Source of the DNA: Smithellaceae bacterium
GTDB lineage: Bacteria; Desulfobacterota; Syntrophia; Syntrophales; Smithellaceae
Direction of reading: 5' to 3'
Assembly: GCA_963682105.1 (NCBI GenBank)
Contig: OY821638.1
Span: 4,821,245-4,885,244, forward strand
Length of the DNA stretch: 64,000 nucleotides
How positions within the stretch are numbered: position 1 is the first letter of the stretch; each line of letters starts with the position of its first letter. Shown piece after piece: positions 34,307-45,117 of the stretch. The position numbers were made by a program, and so were the translations under genes. Below the pieces are notes generated by a model. It was not told the origin of the DNA. It saw nothing but the letters and a program-made list of their open reading frames with translations, and did not search any database.

Positions 34307-34403
34307 AAAAACCCCCTCCTTACAAATATTTTTTTTGTCCTTATTAGAATTTTGACTATAAGTCAAATACAGAAATCAAAAAAATAAAAAAATATTTTAA
34401 GAC

Positions 34404-34440
34404 AAAAAAATAAACACCCGGACGGTTATTGCCGTCCGGG
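34404..34440 (-). terminator. Rho-independent terminator of the giant activase gene
   Basis: 9-bp GC-rich stem CCCGGACGG / CCGTCCGGG with a 6-nt loop. On the minus strand it is followed by TGTTTATTTTTTTG. Confidence 0.7.
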
Positions 34441-34487
34441 CTGATGAAGTGGAAAGATACGTAATATTATGTGATTGGTGATGTCGT

Positions 34488-37400
34488 TTATCTGGATATT
34501 TTTCGATCAATGGCGATTGATTTTGTGCCATCACGCTCCACCATGGTCTGAATATCGCCCTTGCCTTTGAAGCGTTTGACATTCAGCATGAAGATTTCCA
34601 GCTTGCTTAAGACGTTGGGCGGCAGCAGGTTGCCGTCGATTTCAATGGAAATCGTCGGATATTTTCTTTCTCTGGCCCAAGGCGTGTACAATCCTTCAAT
34701 GACGCGGCCGATCAGGCAGGCAAACGGCGAAATGTTCACAATACCAGAGAAGCCGTCCATCATGGCGGTGGCGGCCACGCCGCTGGAGATACTGATTTCC
34801 GAATACAGTTCGAGTCCAACAAAATGCTTTTCGGTATTTTTCATGATCGCTTTCATGTCGTGAGGCGTGTGCGGAACCAGGCCGGTCGTACTCAAAGTGT
34901 CTCGAACTTTTCTTTCCACGTTCTTTTTATAGATATGTTCGATTCTCCAGCCGATGAGGTCCCGGAATTCCTGCGCAAAGACGCGCCGATACCATGGGTG
35001 TAGGCTGAGTTTCTTTTTAAGCTCGTAATGACGGACAAAATCGCAGTAGTAAAACCATTCGGCGACATTCGACACCTTACCGACAATGCCGTGGCGGCTG
35101 AACTGCTGAATGAGTTCGTCGACGGCAAAATCATCGCGCCGGACGTAGATTTCCCCGACAATCAGAACCTTGGGACAGTCTTCCATTTTCCGTGCCAGCG
35201 GGATTTTAGAGATCGTGTTGGCGATTTCCTTGAGAACCGGCAGGACTTTGGTGATATCCTTCTCGGCCACTCCGAGCATCTTTTGCCAGATCCCGTCGTA
35301 AATCCGCATGGCCTCGGCGGGATCGGCGGCGCATGTTCTAAGCGATGTTTCAACATCTTTCATATAGTCGCCGATAATCGCCGCCCACCAGGCGTACTTG
35401 GTAAATTCCGGGCCCAGTTCCGTGTAGGAATTATCCGAATCCATCGTGAAGACCACGACGTTTTCCATGCGTAGATCGCGGAAGAGATTTTCATAGAAGA
35501 CGAAATACTGGCCGGTCCGGCAGGGACCGGTCGTGGTCGGGACAAACAGAATATAAATTTCATCTTTGCGGTATTCATCTGACGCCAGATATTTCAACGC
35601 ACTCCCCAGCACCAGGTGTGAAGGCAGACATTCCTTGCCGGATGCGTGGTTGCGGGCCAGTTGCAGGGTATAGATATCCGGAACGGGCATCGCTTGTGCA
35701 TTGAGTCCCAGACCGCGAATCGTCGCACCGACCATCTCCGCTGAAAGTCTGCCCATGTTGGACAGAAGCAGCTTGACGCGCGGGTTGTTCTTGATCGGTA
35801 TTTTCTCTCCGGTAACGGTGTTTTTAATATGAATCTCTTCACCTTTGTTGTTGATGAAGCGCAGGCCGTTATCGTAGCGTTCCTCGCGGATGTCCGTGAG
35901 TTTGGAGCGGTATCCTTCGATGATATCCAGAAACGCCTCAATGCGTGTGTCGACACCGGCATCCGCCGTGTGCGAATCCAGCTCGAGAATCAGGAACGGC
36001 TTCGTGCCCATGATCCATTTCAGATAATGCAGCATGAAGGAGTCGGGTGCGCAGGAGAAGTTGGAAATGTAGGTTACAAAGATGTTGTCTTCATCTTTAA
36101 GCAGCATGGCGGCTTTCATATCCTGCTGCCCGTAATACCAGTACATGTTGGGATAAATAGGCAAATCGGCAAAAGGCAGTATATCGAAGGGAATAACCGA
36201 ATGTCCGCGGGAAGTGTACTTCCGGGGGATGCCCATGTTGGCGTCGGCGGTAAAGGAATTGTAAGGCCGTCCCAGAACGGCAATCACCGGGCGTTTGGCC
36301 TTTTTGGATTCCTCAAGCGCCTCTCTGCCCAGCGCAGTGAACCGGGCAAAGCATTCCATCTGCTTTTGATACGCGAGATCAAATGCATTCCGGGCGTCGC
36401 TTTCGTTTACGCCCAGAGCTGCGGCCATGGCGATAAACGGTTCGGCGGCTTTTTCCAGACCGTACATAAAACTGACGACCGGTGCGAGGTATTTTCCCTC
36501 CGGAATTTCCGGGAAGGCTTTCTTGATGTAGTAGGGCAGGCTCTGCGTGATCGGACAGAAGTTGGCCGGAGAGTTCTTTTCGTAGCTTTCCATGTCGCGG
36601 AAGTGCGGCAGGAAAATGTAATCGATCTTGCGGTTGAAAATATCCTGAACCGCGCCGTGCGCAATTTCCGCCGGGAAACAATAACTGCTTTCTACTCGGG
36701 CCGTTCCTTCATGGGCGATTTCTTCAGAAACAAATGTTTCTATGCCCAGCGCATGGAAAAACCAGGCATACAGAGGCCAGAGCGTATAAATGGAGAAGCA
36801 GCGGGGAATGCCGACAACGTAGGTGTGTTTTTTAACCAGTTCTTCGGGATTCGGCGCGCATTCCTTAAAGAGGATGTCGTTGCGTTTCTCGATGTAATCG
36901 ACAACGCCGGCTTCATTGAATTCTTTCTTCTTCCGGATATTGGCGTATTTGTTACAGCGGCCGCCGAACATGTATTTATGCCCGTTGACGTTGAGAATGC
37001 GGATCGGGCAGAAATTATCGCAGGCTTTGCATTGGAATTCCTTCTCGTGGACGATGCTGGTCGCAAGGATCGAATCGATATCATAGGATGACTTGGACAG
37101 GAAGCCTTCCTCAACTTTCTGTTTGGCAAGGATTCCCACACCGAAACACCCCATCAGTTCAGGATCGGGAGGGACGAGAATGTTTTTATCCAACAACATC
37201 GCAAACGCCAGCGGAACAGCCTTGTTTTTGGCGACGCCGCCCTGCAGGACGATGTTTTTGCCGATGTTACGGTTGCCGACCACCCGGTTGAGGTAGTTCG
37301 ATACGATCGATGTGACGATGCCGGCCGTGATGTCTTCGCGTGAGGCGCCCTGCTGCACGGCATTGCGAATGTCAGAGTTAATAAAGGCGGAGCAATGTTC

Positions 37401-38798
37401 CCCGAATTTCAGCGGCTCTTTGGCTGCGAGCGCTATATCGCCGATCAGCGCGGCATCGGGAATGTTCAGGTCCCCCTGCGCCGATTCTTCCAGAAACGAT
37501 CCGGTTCCCGCGGAGCAGGCTTCGTTCATGGCGTAATCGATGGGGACTTTATTTTTCAACGAAACATACTTGGCGTCCTGGCCGCCGATTTCGAAGATGG
37601 TGTCGATATTGTCTCTGTAAAATGTCGTACCGACGGCATGAGCAATGATTTCATTATACACGCCGGGGGTTTCCAGAAAGACGCCGAGAATTTCGCGTGA
37701 CGATCCTGTCGTGGAGGCAAGCGTAATGCTGATTTTGCCGTCGCCGATATCCTCGCGGATCTGTTTTTTCATTTCGATCAGACAGTTCTTCAGTGCGCTG
37801 ACGGGATCGCCATGTGTGCGTCCATAGAAAGAAGCGGTGATTTCATTAGTTTCCATGTCGATCAGACAGGCCTTGGTTGTTGTTGAACCGCCGTCGACGC
37901 CGAGGATATATTCCCGCCCTGCAACGACCTTGCCTTTTTGTGAAGGCAGATAAGTGACTTTACCCTGAGCGGTTTGCAGGCTTTTAAAACGCTTAAACTG
38001 AATCCGGCTGTTCTTAAACAATGCATCGAGAGAGGGCAGGGGGCTTCCTGAAGCTTGAGCCAGAAGCGCCGCGCCGTAGGCTTCAAAATAAGGCGCCTCC
38101 GGGGGTACGATAAATTCAATTTCAGGCATGCGTTCGCGGATAAATTTCAGGATATAAGGATTCTGGGTTACGCCGCCGACCAGCAGGACTTTTCCTTTTT
38201 CGATTCTGGCGCGCTTGAGAAAATCAACGACTTTGATGGCCATCACATCGCTGAGCGACAACACGATGTCGCCGGTTTTGGCTTCGCCTTTGTTCAGGCG
38301 GTGTGTGCAGTCGCTTTTCATGAAAACGGAACAGCGCGAGGAGAGCTTCAGGACGCAGGAGTCGGCCGGAATCGAATGGATGTCGTTGAGCTTCATATTC
38401 ATCCGCGCCAGTTGCTGTTTAAAAAATTCTCCTGTGCCCGATGCGCACTTGTTTCCTGAAAAACTGGTGATGATTTTTTTATTCGAATCGATTGTATAAA
38501 CAACGAGATCTTCACCGCCCAGAGACACCAGGGCATCCACCTGATCGTTTGAGTAACGCAAAGCTTCTTCAATACAGAGAGGTTCGATCACGCTGTTGAT
38601 GTTTAAAAGATGCCGTCCTTCTGTGCCCGTAGCCAGTGTTTGAACACCGGCCTGGATTTGATGAGACGATAATACTTTTTTCAGTGTTTCGAGAAAGCTT
38701 CCTTCGTGCGGTTCCACCGCATTCCACAAAATGCTGTTTCCTTCCAGCATGGCAACTTTAATGTTAGAAGCACCAATATTGATTCCCAGGCTGTACAT
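34488..38798 (-). CDS. Fusion protein: two BcrAD_BadFG activase ATPase domains plus a DUF2229-type (activase-related) C-terminal half
   Basis: Start moved to ATG 38798 (GAGGAG SD); 1436 aa. Domain 1: GINIGASNIKV, GGED, NKCASGTGEF, SSRCSVFMKSD. Domain 2: GVDGGSTTTKA, GGQD, NEACSAGTGSF, GEHCSAFINSD. Then CKACDNFC...GGRCNKY and a ~750-aa region typical of putative CoA-substrate-specific enzyme activase proteins. Confidence 0.8.
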   Translation of the reverse strand: MYSLGINIGASNIKVAMLEGNSILWNAVEPHEGSFLETLKKVLSSHQIQAGVQTLATGTEGRHLLNINSVIEPLCIEEALRYSNDQVDALVSLGGEDLVVYTIDSNKKIITSFSGNKCASGTGEFFKQQLARMNMKLNDIHSIPADSCVLKLSSRCSVFMKSDCTHRLNKGEAKTGDIVLSLSDVMAIKVVDFLKRARIEKGKVLLVGGVTQNPYILKFIRERMPEIEFIVPPEAPYFEAYGAALLAQASGSPLPSLDALFKNSRIQFKRFKSLQTAQGKVTYLPSQKGKVVAGREYILGVDGGSTTTKACLIDMETNEITASFYGRTHGDPVSALKNCLIEMKKQIREDIGDGKISITLASTTGSSREILGVFLETPGVYNEIIAHAVGTTFYRDNIDTIFEIGGQDAKYVSLKNKVPIDYAMNEACSAGTGSFLEESAQGDLNIPDAALIGDIALAAKEPLKFGEHCSAFINSDIRNAVQQGASREDITAGIVTSIVSNYLNRVVGNRNIGKNIVLQGGVAKNKAVPLAFAMLLDKNILVPPDPELMGCFGVGILAKQKVEEGFLSKSSYDIDSILATSIVHEKEFQCKACDNFCPIRILNVNGHKYMFGGRCNKYANIRKKKEFNEAGVVDYIEKRNDILFKECAPNPEELVKKHTYVVGIPRCFSIYTLWPLYAWFFHALGIETFVSEEIAHEGTARVESSYCFPAEIAHGAVQDIFNRKIDYIFLPHFRDMESYEKNSPANFCPITQSLPYYIKKAFPEIPEGKYLAPVVSFMYGLEKAAEPFIAMAAALGVNESDARNAFDLAYQKQMECFARFTALGREALEESKKAKRPVIAVLGRPYNSFTADANMGIPRKYTSRGHSVIPFDILPFADLPIYPNMYWYYGQQDMKAAMLLKDEDNIFVTYISNFSCAPDSFMLHYLKWIMGTKPFLILELDSHTADAGVDTRIEAFLDIIEGYRSKLTDIREERYDNGLRFINNKGEEIHIKNTVTGEKIPIKNNPRVKLLLSNMGRLSAEMVGATIRGLGLNAQAMPVPDIYTLQLARNHASGKECLPSHLVLGSALKYLASDEYRKDEIYILFVPTTTGPCRTGQYFVFYENLFRDLRMENVVVFTMDSDNSYTELGPEFTKYAWWAAIIGDYMKDVETSLRTCAADPAEAMRIYDGIWQKMLGVAEKDITKVLPVLKEIANTISKIPLARKMEDCPKVLIVGEIYVRRDDFAVDELIQQFSRHGIVGKVSNVAEWFYYCDFVRHYELKKKLSLHPWYRRVFAQEFRDLIGWRIEHIYKKNVERKVRDTLSTTGLVPHTPHDMKAIMKNTEKHFVGLELYSEISISSGVAATAMMDGFSGIVNISPFACLIGRVIEGLYTPWARERKYPTISIEIDGNLLPPNVLSKLEIFMLNVKRFKGKGDIQTMVERDGTKSIAIDRKISR

Positions 38799-38913
38799 AA
38801 AAACTCCTCTAAGTAAATAATCCGTACTGTCATTATTACGATTAGCGCTTATCGTCAAGTACCCAATCGCATAAAAACAAACAGGATAACGTAATGTAAG
38901 GAGTGTGAAAACG

Positions 38914-38951
38914 AAAGAAAAAAAGCTGATGGCCGTTGCCATCAGCTTTTT
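38914..38951 (-). terminator. Rho-independent terminator after atpB
   Basis: 10-bp stem AGCTGATGGC / GCCATCAGCT with a 4-nt loop. An A-run on one side and a T-run on the other give a U-tract on the minus strand. Confidence 0.8.
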
Positions 38952-38999
38952 ACTAATTTAAATTAAAAATCAATGTCCCTTTCGGGAGGCCATTGAATT

Positions 39000-39671
39000 T
39001 TAATGACCTTCTTCCATGGCGCCGCCGATATACATCATGGCCAGTAGCATGAAAACCAGCGTCTGAACGACGGAGGTGAAAATCATCAAAATCATAATGG
39101 GCAGAGGAACGATCAGCGGAACCAGAAGCAGAACCACCAGGAGAACGATGTCTTCACCGGCGATGTTTCCGAAAAGCCGGAACGTCAGTGAAAGTGGACG
39201 TGACAAATGGCTGATGATTTCAATGGGCAGCATGAGCGGAATGAGCCACCATACCGGACCCAGAAACTGTTTGAAGTATTTGGGGCCGTGGGTCATCACG
39301 CCGACAATGTGAGTCATGAAAAAGACAACAAGCGCCATGGCCGCATTGGTGTTGATGTTGGCCGTCGGCGATTCGAAACCGGGGATGATGCCGATCAGGT
39401 TCGACGTCAGGATGAAGAGTCCGATGGTTGCAATCAGCGGAAAGAATTTCTTTCCATGATGTCCCATCGTATCGAGAAGCAGCGAGTGAAAACCGTCTAC
39501 GATGACTTCCATCACGTTTTGCAGGCGGCCCGGATAAACTTGCATACTGCGCGTAGCCAGAAATGAAAGCACAGACAGAATCGCGACGACAAACAACGTG
39601 TTGAAGACAATGGTCATATTAATGCCCACATCCTTGAGCAACGTCGTGTGGAAGAATATTAGGGGTTCCAT
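39000..39671 (-). CDS. atpB: F-type ATP synthase subunit a
   Basis: [20 protein letters not shown] contains the conserved essential Arg context (LS..LRLFGN). Five or six TM-like segments. Confidence 0.9.
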   Translation of the reverse strand: MEPLIFFHTTLLKDVGINMTIVFNTLFVVAILSVLSFLATRSMQVYPGRLQNVMEVIVDGFHSLLLDTMGHHGKKFFPLIATIGLFILTSNLIGIIPGFESPTANINTNAAMALVVFFMTHIVGVMTHGPKYFKQFLGPVWWLIPLMLPIEIISHLSRPLSLTFRLFGNIAGEDIVLLVVLLLVPLIVPLPIMILMIFTSVVQTLVFMLLAMMYIGGAMEEGH

Positions 39672-39677
39672 TTGTGT

Positions 39678-40073
39678 CTAACCTACCTCCTCAATAAAGT
39701 TTTTTTTTGCCAGGGCTATGATCATGGTGACAACCATATTGATCACGACCACGGAAAGTCCGATCACCAGGCCGAAAATGTCAACCGTCTTGGTTACAAT
39801 CAGCAGGTACAAAACGACGCCGGTCAGAATCAGGCGTATATAGTATTTAATCATCGTCGGTTGCTTGACGTTGCCTGAAAGATTTTTGAAAAGACCGCGC
39901 AGGCCGAATACCATGCCGTGAAAATTGAGAATACTGATAAAACCGCCCAGAAGGACGCCTAAATAAAATTTTTGTGATGCAAAAATCAATGAAGGAATAA
40001 ACAGAATCGCCAGAATGATCCAGTTGGCAATTTCAAGTCTTCTTTGGAACGGGTCTTTGGCGATGTGGTTCAC
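39678..40073 (-). CDS. atpI: ATP synthase protein I (AtpI-like)
   Basis: 131-aa hydrophobic protein directly upstream of atpB, with the typical position and four TM-like segments. Family call rests on context and composition. Confidence 0.6.
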   Translation of the reverse strand: MNHIAKDPFQRRLEIANWIILAILFIPSLIFASQKFYLGVLLGGFISILNFHGMVFGLRGLFKNLSGNVKQPTMIKYYIRLILTGVVLYLLIVTKTVDIFGLVIGLSVVVINMVVTMIIALAKKNFIEEVG

Positions 40074-40323
40074 TTTTCAAACTCTTTATGATGGTTTCTT
40101 CATCCTGAAAATTTTTCTTAATCAAAACATATATGTTACGAAATCCAGCCGTAATGCCGATCATCAGAAAGACAACGGTAAATACGTTACCGGAATCAAA
40201 CTTCCCATCTAAAAACCGTCCTATCAGGAGGCAGCCGAAAATCGCCAGAACCATTGCGATTCCGATGCTGCTGGCGTACGCCATCTGGATGGCCAATTTT
40301 TTAGTTTCGCTATCCATTTCCAT
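40033..40323 (-). CDS. AtpZ/ATPase_gene1 family small membrane protein
   Basis: 96 aa. IGIAMVLAIFGCLLIGRFLDGKF...VFLMIGITAGFRN fits the AtpZ pattern (two TM helices, G..LD). It lies upstream of atpI. Confidence 0.6.
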   Translation of the reverse strand: MEMDSETKKLAIQMAYASSIGIAMVLAIFGCLLIGRFLDGKFDSGNVFTVVFLMIGITAGFRNIYVLIKKNFQDEETIIKSLKSEPHRQRPVPKKT

Positions 40324-40382
40324 TTAGTGTGCGCTCCTTAACATGCGCTAAAAACAAAGTCAATCAAAAACATGACCGCCGT

Positions 40383-41345
40383 TCATTTTTTGTGTAAAAA
40401 ATGCCGGTTTTTTTTATACCAGTCAATAGTTTTTTGAAGTCCGGTGGCGAGATCGGTTTTTGACTTAAAACCGAATTCTTTCAATGCTCTCGTTGTGTCG
40501 AGCCGGCGGCGGGGCTGACCGTCAGGTTTGGAGAAGTCCCAGATTATTTTTCCGGAAAATCCAGACAAACGTGCGATCATTTCGGTCAGATCTTTGATGG
40601 AAATTTCGTTACCCGTGCCGATATTCACCGGTTCGCTTTTTTCGTACAGATCGGCGGCCATGCAGATGGCTTCTGCTGCATTTTCAACATAAAAAAACTC
40701 CCGGGTTGCAGATCCTGTTCCCCATACTTCCAGGGTATCCGAATGGGAATCCATTGCATCAAAACATTTCTTGATTAGCGCCGGAATGACATGGGAGGAG
40801 CGGGGATCGAAATTGTCGCCCGGTCCATAAAGATTGACGGGAAGAAGGAAAATAGAGTTAAATCCATATTGTTGACGATAAGCCTGGGACTGAACCAGCA
40901 TCATTTTTTTCGCCAGCCCATAAGGCGCATTGGTGTCTTCCGGATATCCCATCCAGATGTCTTCTTCCTTGAAAGGCACCGGTGTGAGTTTCGGATATGC
41001 GCAAATAGTGCCCAAGGCGACAAACTTTTCAATCTTATGCAGATAAGCCTCATGAATAAGTTGGGAACCCATGATCAGGTTATCGTAAAAGAGCTCAGCC
41101 GGTCTTTCCCGATTGAAACCGATGCCGCCGACTTTGGCGGCCAGATGGATGACCACATCCGGTTTTTTGTCATCGAACATGCGCCGGATGTCGGCCAGAA
41201 CGGTTAAATTATATTCAGGAAGATCGGCAATGTCGATGCTCCGGCAACCATAGGCACCAAGCGCATGCGTAAGGTGTTGTCCCAGAAATCCTTTGCCTCC
41301 GGTTACGGTAATGCGTTTGTTTTTCAGCAAGTTGAGAGCCCTCAA
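40383..41345 (-). CDS. fcl: GDP-L-fucose synthase (GDP-4-keto-6-deoxymannose 3,5-epimerase/4-reductase)
   Basis: Extended SDR with VTGGKGFLG, the YGLAKK (YxxxK) motif and 320 aa. It lies 3 nt downstream of gmd, the canonical gmd-fcl pair. Confidence 0.8.
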   Translation of the reverse strand: MRALNLLKNKRITVTGGKGFLGQHLTHALGAYGCRSIDIADLPEYNLTVLADIRRMFDDKKPDVVIHLAAKVGGIGFNRERPAELFYDNLIMGSQLIHEAYLHKIEKFVALGTICAYPKLTPVPFKEEDIWMGYPEDTNAPYGLAKKMMLVQSQAYRQQYGFNSIFLLPVNLYGPGDNFDPRSSHVIPALIKKCFDAMDSHSDTLEVWGTGSATREFFYVENAAEAICMAADLYEKSEPVNIGTGNEISIKDLTEMIARLSGFSGKIIWDFSKPDGQPRRRLDTTRALKEFGFKSKTDLATGLQKTIDWYKKNRHFLHKK

Positions 41346-41348
41346 AAT

Positions 41349-42380
41349 CTAGCCGATGCGTTCCGAGTTGAGGCAGGAAAAGCCCGCGTCAACTAGGGTT
41401 TTTTCTTTCTTCGCCAACTCGAGATCTGCCGCGATCATCATGTCGATGAGCCGGTCAAAAGTGACTTTAGGCTGCCATCCAAGAATTTTTTTTGCTTTGG
41501 ATGCATCTCCCAGCAAGACGTCAACTTCGGTGGGGCGAAAATACCGGGGATCAATGGCAACATACTGAGCATAATCCAGATCGAGCTTACTGAAGACTTT
41601 TTCCGCAAATTCTCTTACGGAATGCGTCTCGCCGGTTGCAATGACATAATCGTCGGGTTTGTCCTGCTGCAGCATCAACCACATGGCTTCCACAAAATCA
41701 CCGGCAAATCCCCAGTCTCTTTTAGCTTCCAGATTACCCAGATAAAGCTTATCGCGAAGCCCGACCTTGATTTGCGCTGCGGCGCGTGTGATTTTCCGGG
41801 TAACGAACGTCTCGCCGCGCTTCGGTGATTCATGATTGAAGAGAATGCCGTTAGTGGCGAAGATTCCGTATGCGTCGCGATAGTTCTGTACTATGTAATA
41901 AGCGTATACTTTGGCGGCGGCGTAAGGGCTGCGGGGCTGAAAAACCGTTTTCTCACTTTGAGGCGGCAGAGCGGCGCCGAACATTTCACTGGATGATGCC
42001 TGATAAAATTTCGTTTTGATCCCGGTTTTGCGGATCGATTCCAGAAGCCTGAGTGTTCCAAGACCTGTGATGTCGCTTGTATATTCGGGCATATCGAAGC
42101 TGACCCGCACATGGCTTTGAGCGCCCAGATGATAGATTTCATCAGGCTTGATGGACGACAATAAATCCATCAGTTGACCGGAAACGCTCAAATCGCCAAA
42201 ATGCAAATACAGTCTGGCTTTCGGATCGTGAAGATCGTGATATAAATGATCGATGCGATCCGTATTAAATGTACTGGATCGGCGGATCAGACCATGCACC
42301 TCATAGCCTTTGTTGAGTAAAAACTCGGCAAGGTAGGAACCATCCTGCCCCGTAATACCGGTGATAAAAGCTTTCTTCAT
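41349..42380 (-). CDS. gmd: GDP-mannose 4,6-dehydratase
   Basis: Start at ATG 42380. [46 protein letters not shown] is near-canonical Gmd. Also has YAAAKVY and LFNHESPRRG-like FNHESPKRG. Confidence 0.92.
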   Translation of the reverse strand: MKKAFITGITGQDGSYLAEFLLNKGYEVHGLIRRSSTFNTDRIDHLYHDLHDPKARLYLHFGDLSVSGQLMDLLSSIKPDEIYHLGAQSHVRVSFDMPEYTSDITGLGTLRLLESIRKTGIKTKFYQASSSEMFGAALPPQSEKTVFQPRSPYAAAKVYAYYIVQNYRDAYGIFATNGILFNHESPKRGETFVTRKITRAAAQIKVGLRDKLYLGNLEAKRDWGFAGDFVEAMWLMLQQDKPDDYVIATGETHSVREFAEKVFSKLDLDYAQYVAIDPRYFRPTEVDVLLGDASKAKKILGWQPKVTFDRLIDMMIAADLELAKKEKTLVDAGFSCLNSERIG

Positions 42381-42433
42381 AAGCACCTGCTTCTCTTTCT
42401 TTTGCCTTGGACCTTGATCCTTGTACCTGATGT

Positions 42434-43753
42434 TTACAACCGCCAGTAGTTGATTCCCAGCGCTTGAGCCTGCAGAGGATCAAACACGGCTTTGACATCC
42501 AGTAAAATGGGGCGGTTTTTGCGGCAGAACGCAGAGATTTTTTCGACTCCCATTTCCTGATACTCGCGATGAGCGACCGCCAGAATGACCGCATCCACGT
42601 CTTTCATTTCTTTAAAAGACTTAAGTTCAATGCCGCAATGATCGCGGGCTTCTTCCGGAATGGCCAGCGGATCGTGCGCCAGAACGGTTACACCGTAATC
42701 CTCCAGTTCGTTGATAATATCGACAACGCGCGTGTTGCGCAAATCCGGAACATTTTCCTTGAAGGAAAGCCCGAGCACCGCCACACGCGCTTTTTTCACC
42801 TGAATGTCCGCGGCGATCAACATTTTAACGGTGCGTTCCGCGATGTACTTGCCCATGTTGTCATTGATCCGGCGTCCGGAGAGAATCACTTCCGGGCGAT
42901 AGCCGATGCTTTCCGCTTTATAGGTCAGATAATAGGGATCGACGCCGATGCAGTGGCCACCCACCAGGCCCGGCCGGAAATTGAGGAAGTTCCATTTTGT
43001 GCCGGCGGCCTCAAGGACCTCCAGCGTGTCAATGCCCATTTTGTTGAAGATAATCGCCAGTTCGTTCATGAGCGCGATGTTGATGTCGCGCTGTGTGTTT
43101 TCGATGACCTTTGCGGCTTCGGCAACTTTGATGGAAGACGCCCGGTGCAGGCCGACTTTGACAACCGCGCTGTAAATGCCTTCCAGCAAATCCAGAGTAT
43201 CCGTATCGGAAGCGGAAATAATCTTGACGGTATTGTCGACGGTGTGAACTTTATCGCCCGGGTTGATGCGTTCGGGCGAATAACCGACTGTAAAATCCCT
43301 GCCAAATTTCAGTTTTGATTCCCGCTCCAGAACGGGAACGCAGATATCCTCCGTGACACCGGGATAAACCGTGGATTCATATACGATGCAGGACCCTGCG
43401 GACATGTGTTTGCCGATGATGGCCGAGGCGTTTTCCATGGCGCCCAGATCGGGAACATGGAAGTGATCCACCGGCGTGGGGACGGCAACGATGAAAAGCT
43501 TGCAGGCGGCTAGATCCGTGGGTTTTGACGTAAAATGCATTTTCGCTTTTTTCAGTTCCGCATCCGAAACTTCCATCGTGCGGTCATGCCCCTTTTTGAG
43601 TTCGGCGACATTGGCTTCGCTGACGTCATACCCCACGACGGTAAAATGGCGCGATAAATGGACAGCCAGAGGCAGGCCGACGTAACCCAGCCCGACGACG
43701 GCAATTTTGTTTTTCCCCGCATAGAAAGATTGAGCAGTCAGAGTCTTTTTCAT
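42434..43753 (-). CDS. Nucleotide-sugar 6-dehydrogenase (UDP-glucose/GDP-mannose dehydrogenase family, TviB/WbpO-like)
   Basis: [15 protein letters not shown], the catalytic Cys context GGHCIGVDP, and 439 aa. Confidence 0.85.
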   Translation of the reverse strand: MKKTLTAQSFYAGKNKIAVVGLGYVGLPLAVHLSRHFTVVGYDVSEANVAELKKGHDRTMEVSDAELKKAKMHFTSKPTDLAACKLFIVAVPTPVDHFHVPDLGAMENASAIIGKHMSAGSCIVYESTVYPGVTEDICVPVLERESKLKFGRDFTVGYSPERINPGDKVHTVDNTVKIISASDTDTLDLLEGIYSAVVKVGLHRASSIKVAEAAKVIENTQRDINIALMNELAIIFNKMGIDTLEVLEAAGTKWNFLNFRPGLVGGHCIGVDPYYLTYKAESIGYRPEVILSGRRINDNMGKYIAERTVKMLIAADIQVKKARVAVLGLSFKENVPDLRNTRVVDIINELEDYGVTVLAHDPLAIPEEARDHCGIELKSFKEMKDVDAVILAVAHREYQEMGVEKISAFCRKNRPILLDVKAVFDPLQAQALGINYWRL

Positions 43754-43833
43754 GTTTATCCCTCAACTGATGTATTTTAGGTCAACAAATAAAAATTTCT
43801 ACCTTAAATGGTTGATGCTTGTCAATGCGACGG

Positions 43834-45117
43834 TTATAAATTTTTCAATGTTTTTGATAGACCCGATAACGTTTTGTCGAGATCCTCCCGGGTGTGGGCA
43901 AATGATAAAAATCCCGCTTCAAATTGCGACGGCGCCAGCCAGACGCCGTTTTTCAACATGCCGTGGAAGAATCGTGCGTACATTCCGGTATCCGATTTCA
44001 TCGCGCTTTGCAGATCGTAAACAGGGCCCTCCTGGAAAAAAACAGTAAACATAGAGCAGAATTGATTGGTGCAAACCGCAATGCCCTTTTCCCTGAATAA
44101 TTTTTCACTTTCGAAACAAAGAATATCGGTTTTCTGGGTTAATTCATTAAATATTTTTTCTTTGGATTTGAGAAGAGCAAGCGTTGCTCTTCCGGCGCTC
44201 ATCGCCAGGGGATTTCCCGACAAGGTGCCTGCCTGATAGACATCGCCTGCGGGGGCCAGTCTTTCCATGATCTCTTGTTTCCCGCCCACGGCGCCGACAG
44301 GCATGCCGCCGCCAATGATTTTTCCCAGGCATGTCAGGTCCGGTGTAATACCGATCATATTCTGATAACCGCCGAACAAAAAGCGAAAACCTGTAATGAC
44401 TTCATCAAATATCAGGACGATGCCGTGTTGAATTGTAAGTTCCCTTAGTTTCTTCAGAAAGTTTTCTTTCGGAAGAACGACACCCATATTACCGGAAACC
44501 GGTTCAACGATCACGGCTGCAAGTTCTGATCCATATCGCAAAATGGCATTTTCCAGTGCGTCCGTGTCGTTGTAGGGAAGGCTCAGGGTGAGTCTGGCCA
44601 GTTCTTCGGGAATGCCCGGAGAGCCGGGAATGCCCAGCGTGGTGACGCCTGATCCCGCCTTGATCAGAAGCGAGTCGGCATGGCCGTGGTAGCAGCCGTC
44701 GAATTTAAGAATCATGTTTCGTCCGGTGTAACCTCGGGCCAGGCGGATGGCCGTCATTGTTGCTTCCGTGCCGGAACTGGTCATGCGCACCCGTTCAATG
44801 GATGGAATGGCTTCGCAGATCAACCGGGCCATCTGAGTTTCCACTTCCGTGGGCGCCCCAAAGCTTGTTCCCTGTCCGGCCGCACGACAGATGGCCTCTG
44901 TGACGTCCGGATGGGCATGCCCCAGAATCATCGGCCCCCAGGACAACACATAGTCAATATATTCATTGCCTGCTGTGTCATAAATTTTGCTCCCGTTCGC
45001 TTTTTGGACGAAAACAGGATTGCCGCCCACCGATTTCCAGGCGCGCACCGGCGAGTTGACACCGCCGACAATAACCTCGCTTGCCTTCGCAAAAGAATCC
45101 GTTTTCAATTGAGTCAT
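43834..45117 (-). CDS. hemL: Glutamate-1-semialdehyde 2,1-aminomutase
   Basis: Start moved to ATG 45117, which shares one nt with the upstream stop (TGATG). Carries GGVNSPVRA, YIDYVLSWGPMILGH and FDEVITGFR, with the Lys context LGKIIGGG. Confidence 0.92.
   Translation of the reverse strand: MTQLKTDSFAKASEVIVGGVNSPVRAWKSVGGNPVFVQKANGSKIYDTAGNEYIDYVLSWGPMILGHAHPDVTEAICRAAGQGTSFGAPTEVETQMARLICEAIPSIERVRMTSSGTEATMTAIRLARGYTGRNMILKFDGCYHGHADSLLIKAGSGVTTLGIPGSPGIPEELARLTLSLPYNDTDALENAILRYGSELAAVIVEPVSGNMGVVLPKENFLKKLRELTIQHGIVLIFDEVITGFRFLFGGYQNMIGITPDLTCLGKIIGGGMPVGAVGGKQEIMERLAPAGDVYQAGTLSGNPLAMSAGRATLALLKSKEKIFNELTQKTDILCFESEKLFREKGIAVCTNQFCSMFTVFFQEGPVYDLQSAMKSDTGMYARFFHGMLKNGVWLAPSQFEAGFLSFAHTREDLDKTLSGLSKTLKNL

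Noticed and set aside
35829-37091. 420-aa plus-strand ORF inside the giant activase gene
   Set aside because: It is antisense to a gene with clear ATPase/DUF2229 motifs, has no SD and no recognisable domain. It is an antisense open-frame artefact.
38799-38942. 48-codon N-terminal extension of the activase ORF (and, similarly, 31164-31217 for abfD2 and 34307-34366 for the acetate channel)
   Set aside because: Internal ATGs preceded by strong SDs (GAGGAG, AAAGGAGG, AAGGAGGGGG) give N-termini that match the family consensus or the paralog length. The extensions run into AT-rich promoter or terminator DNA.
42569-43318. 249-aa plus-strand ORF
   Set aside because: It is antisense to the nucleotide-sugar dehydrogenase, whose GLGYVGLP and GGHCIGVDP motifs are unambiguous.
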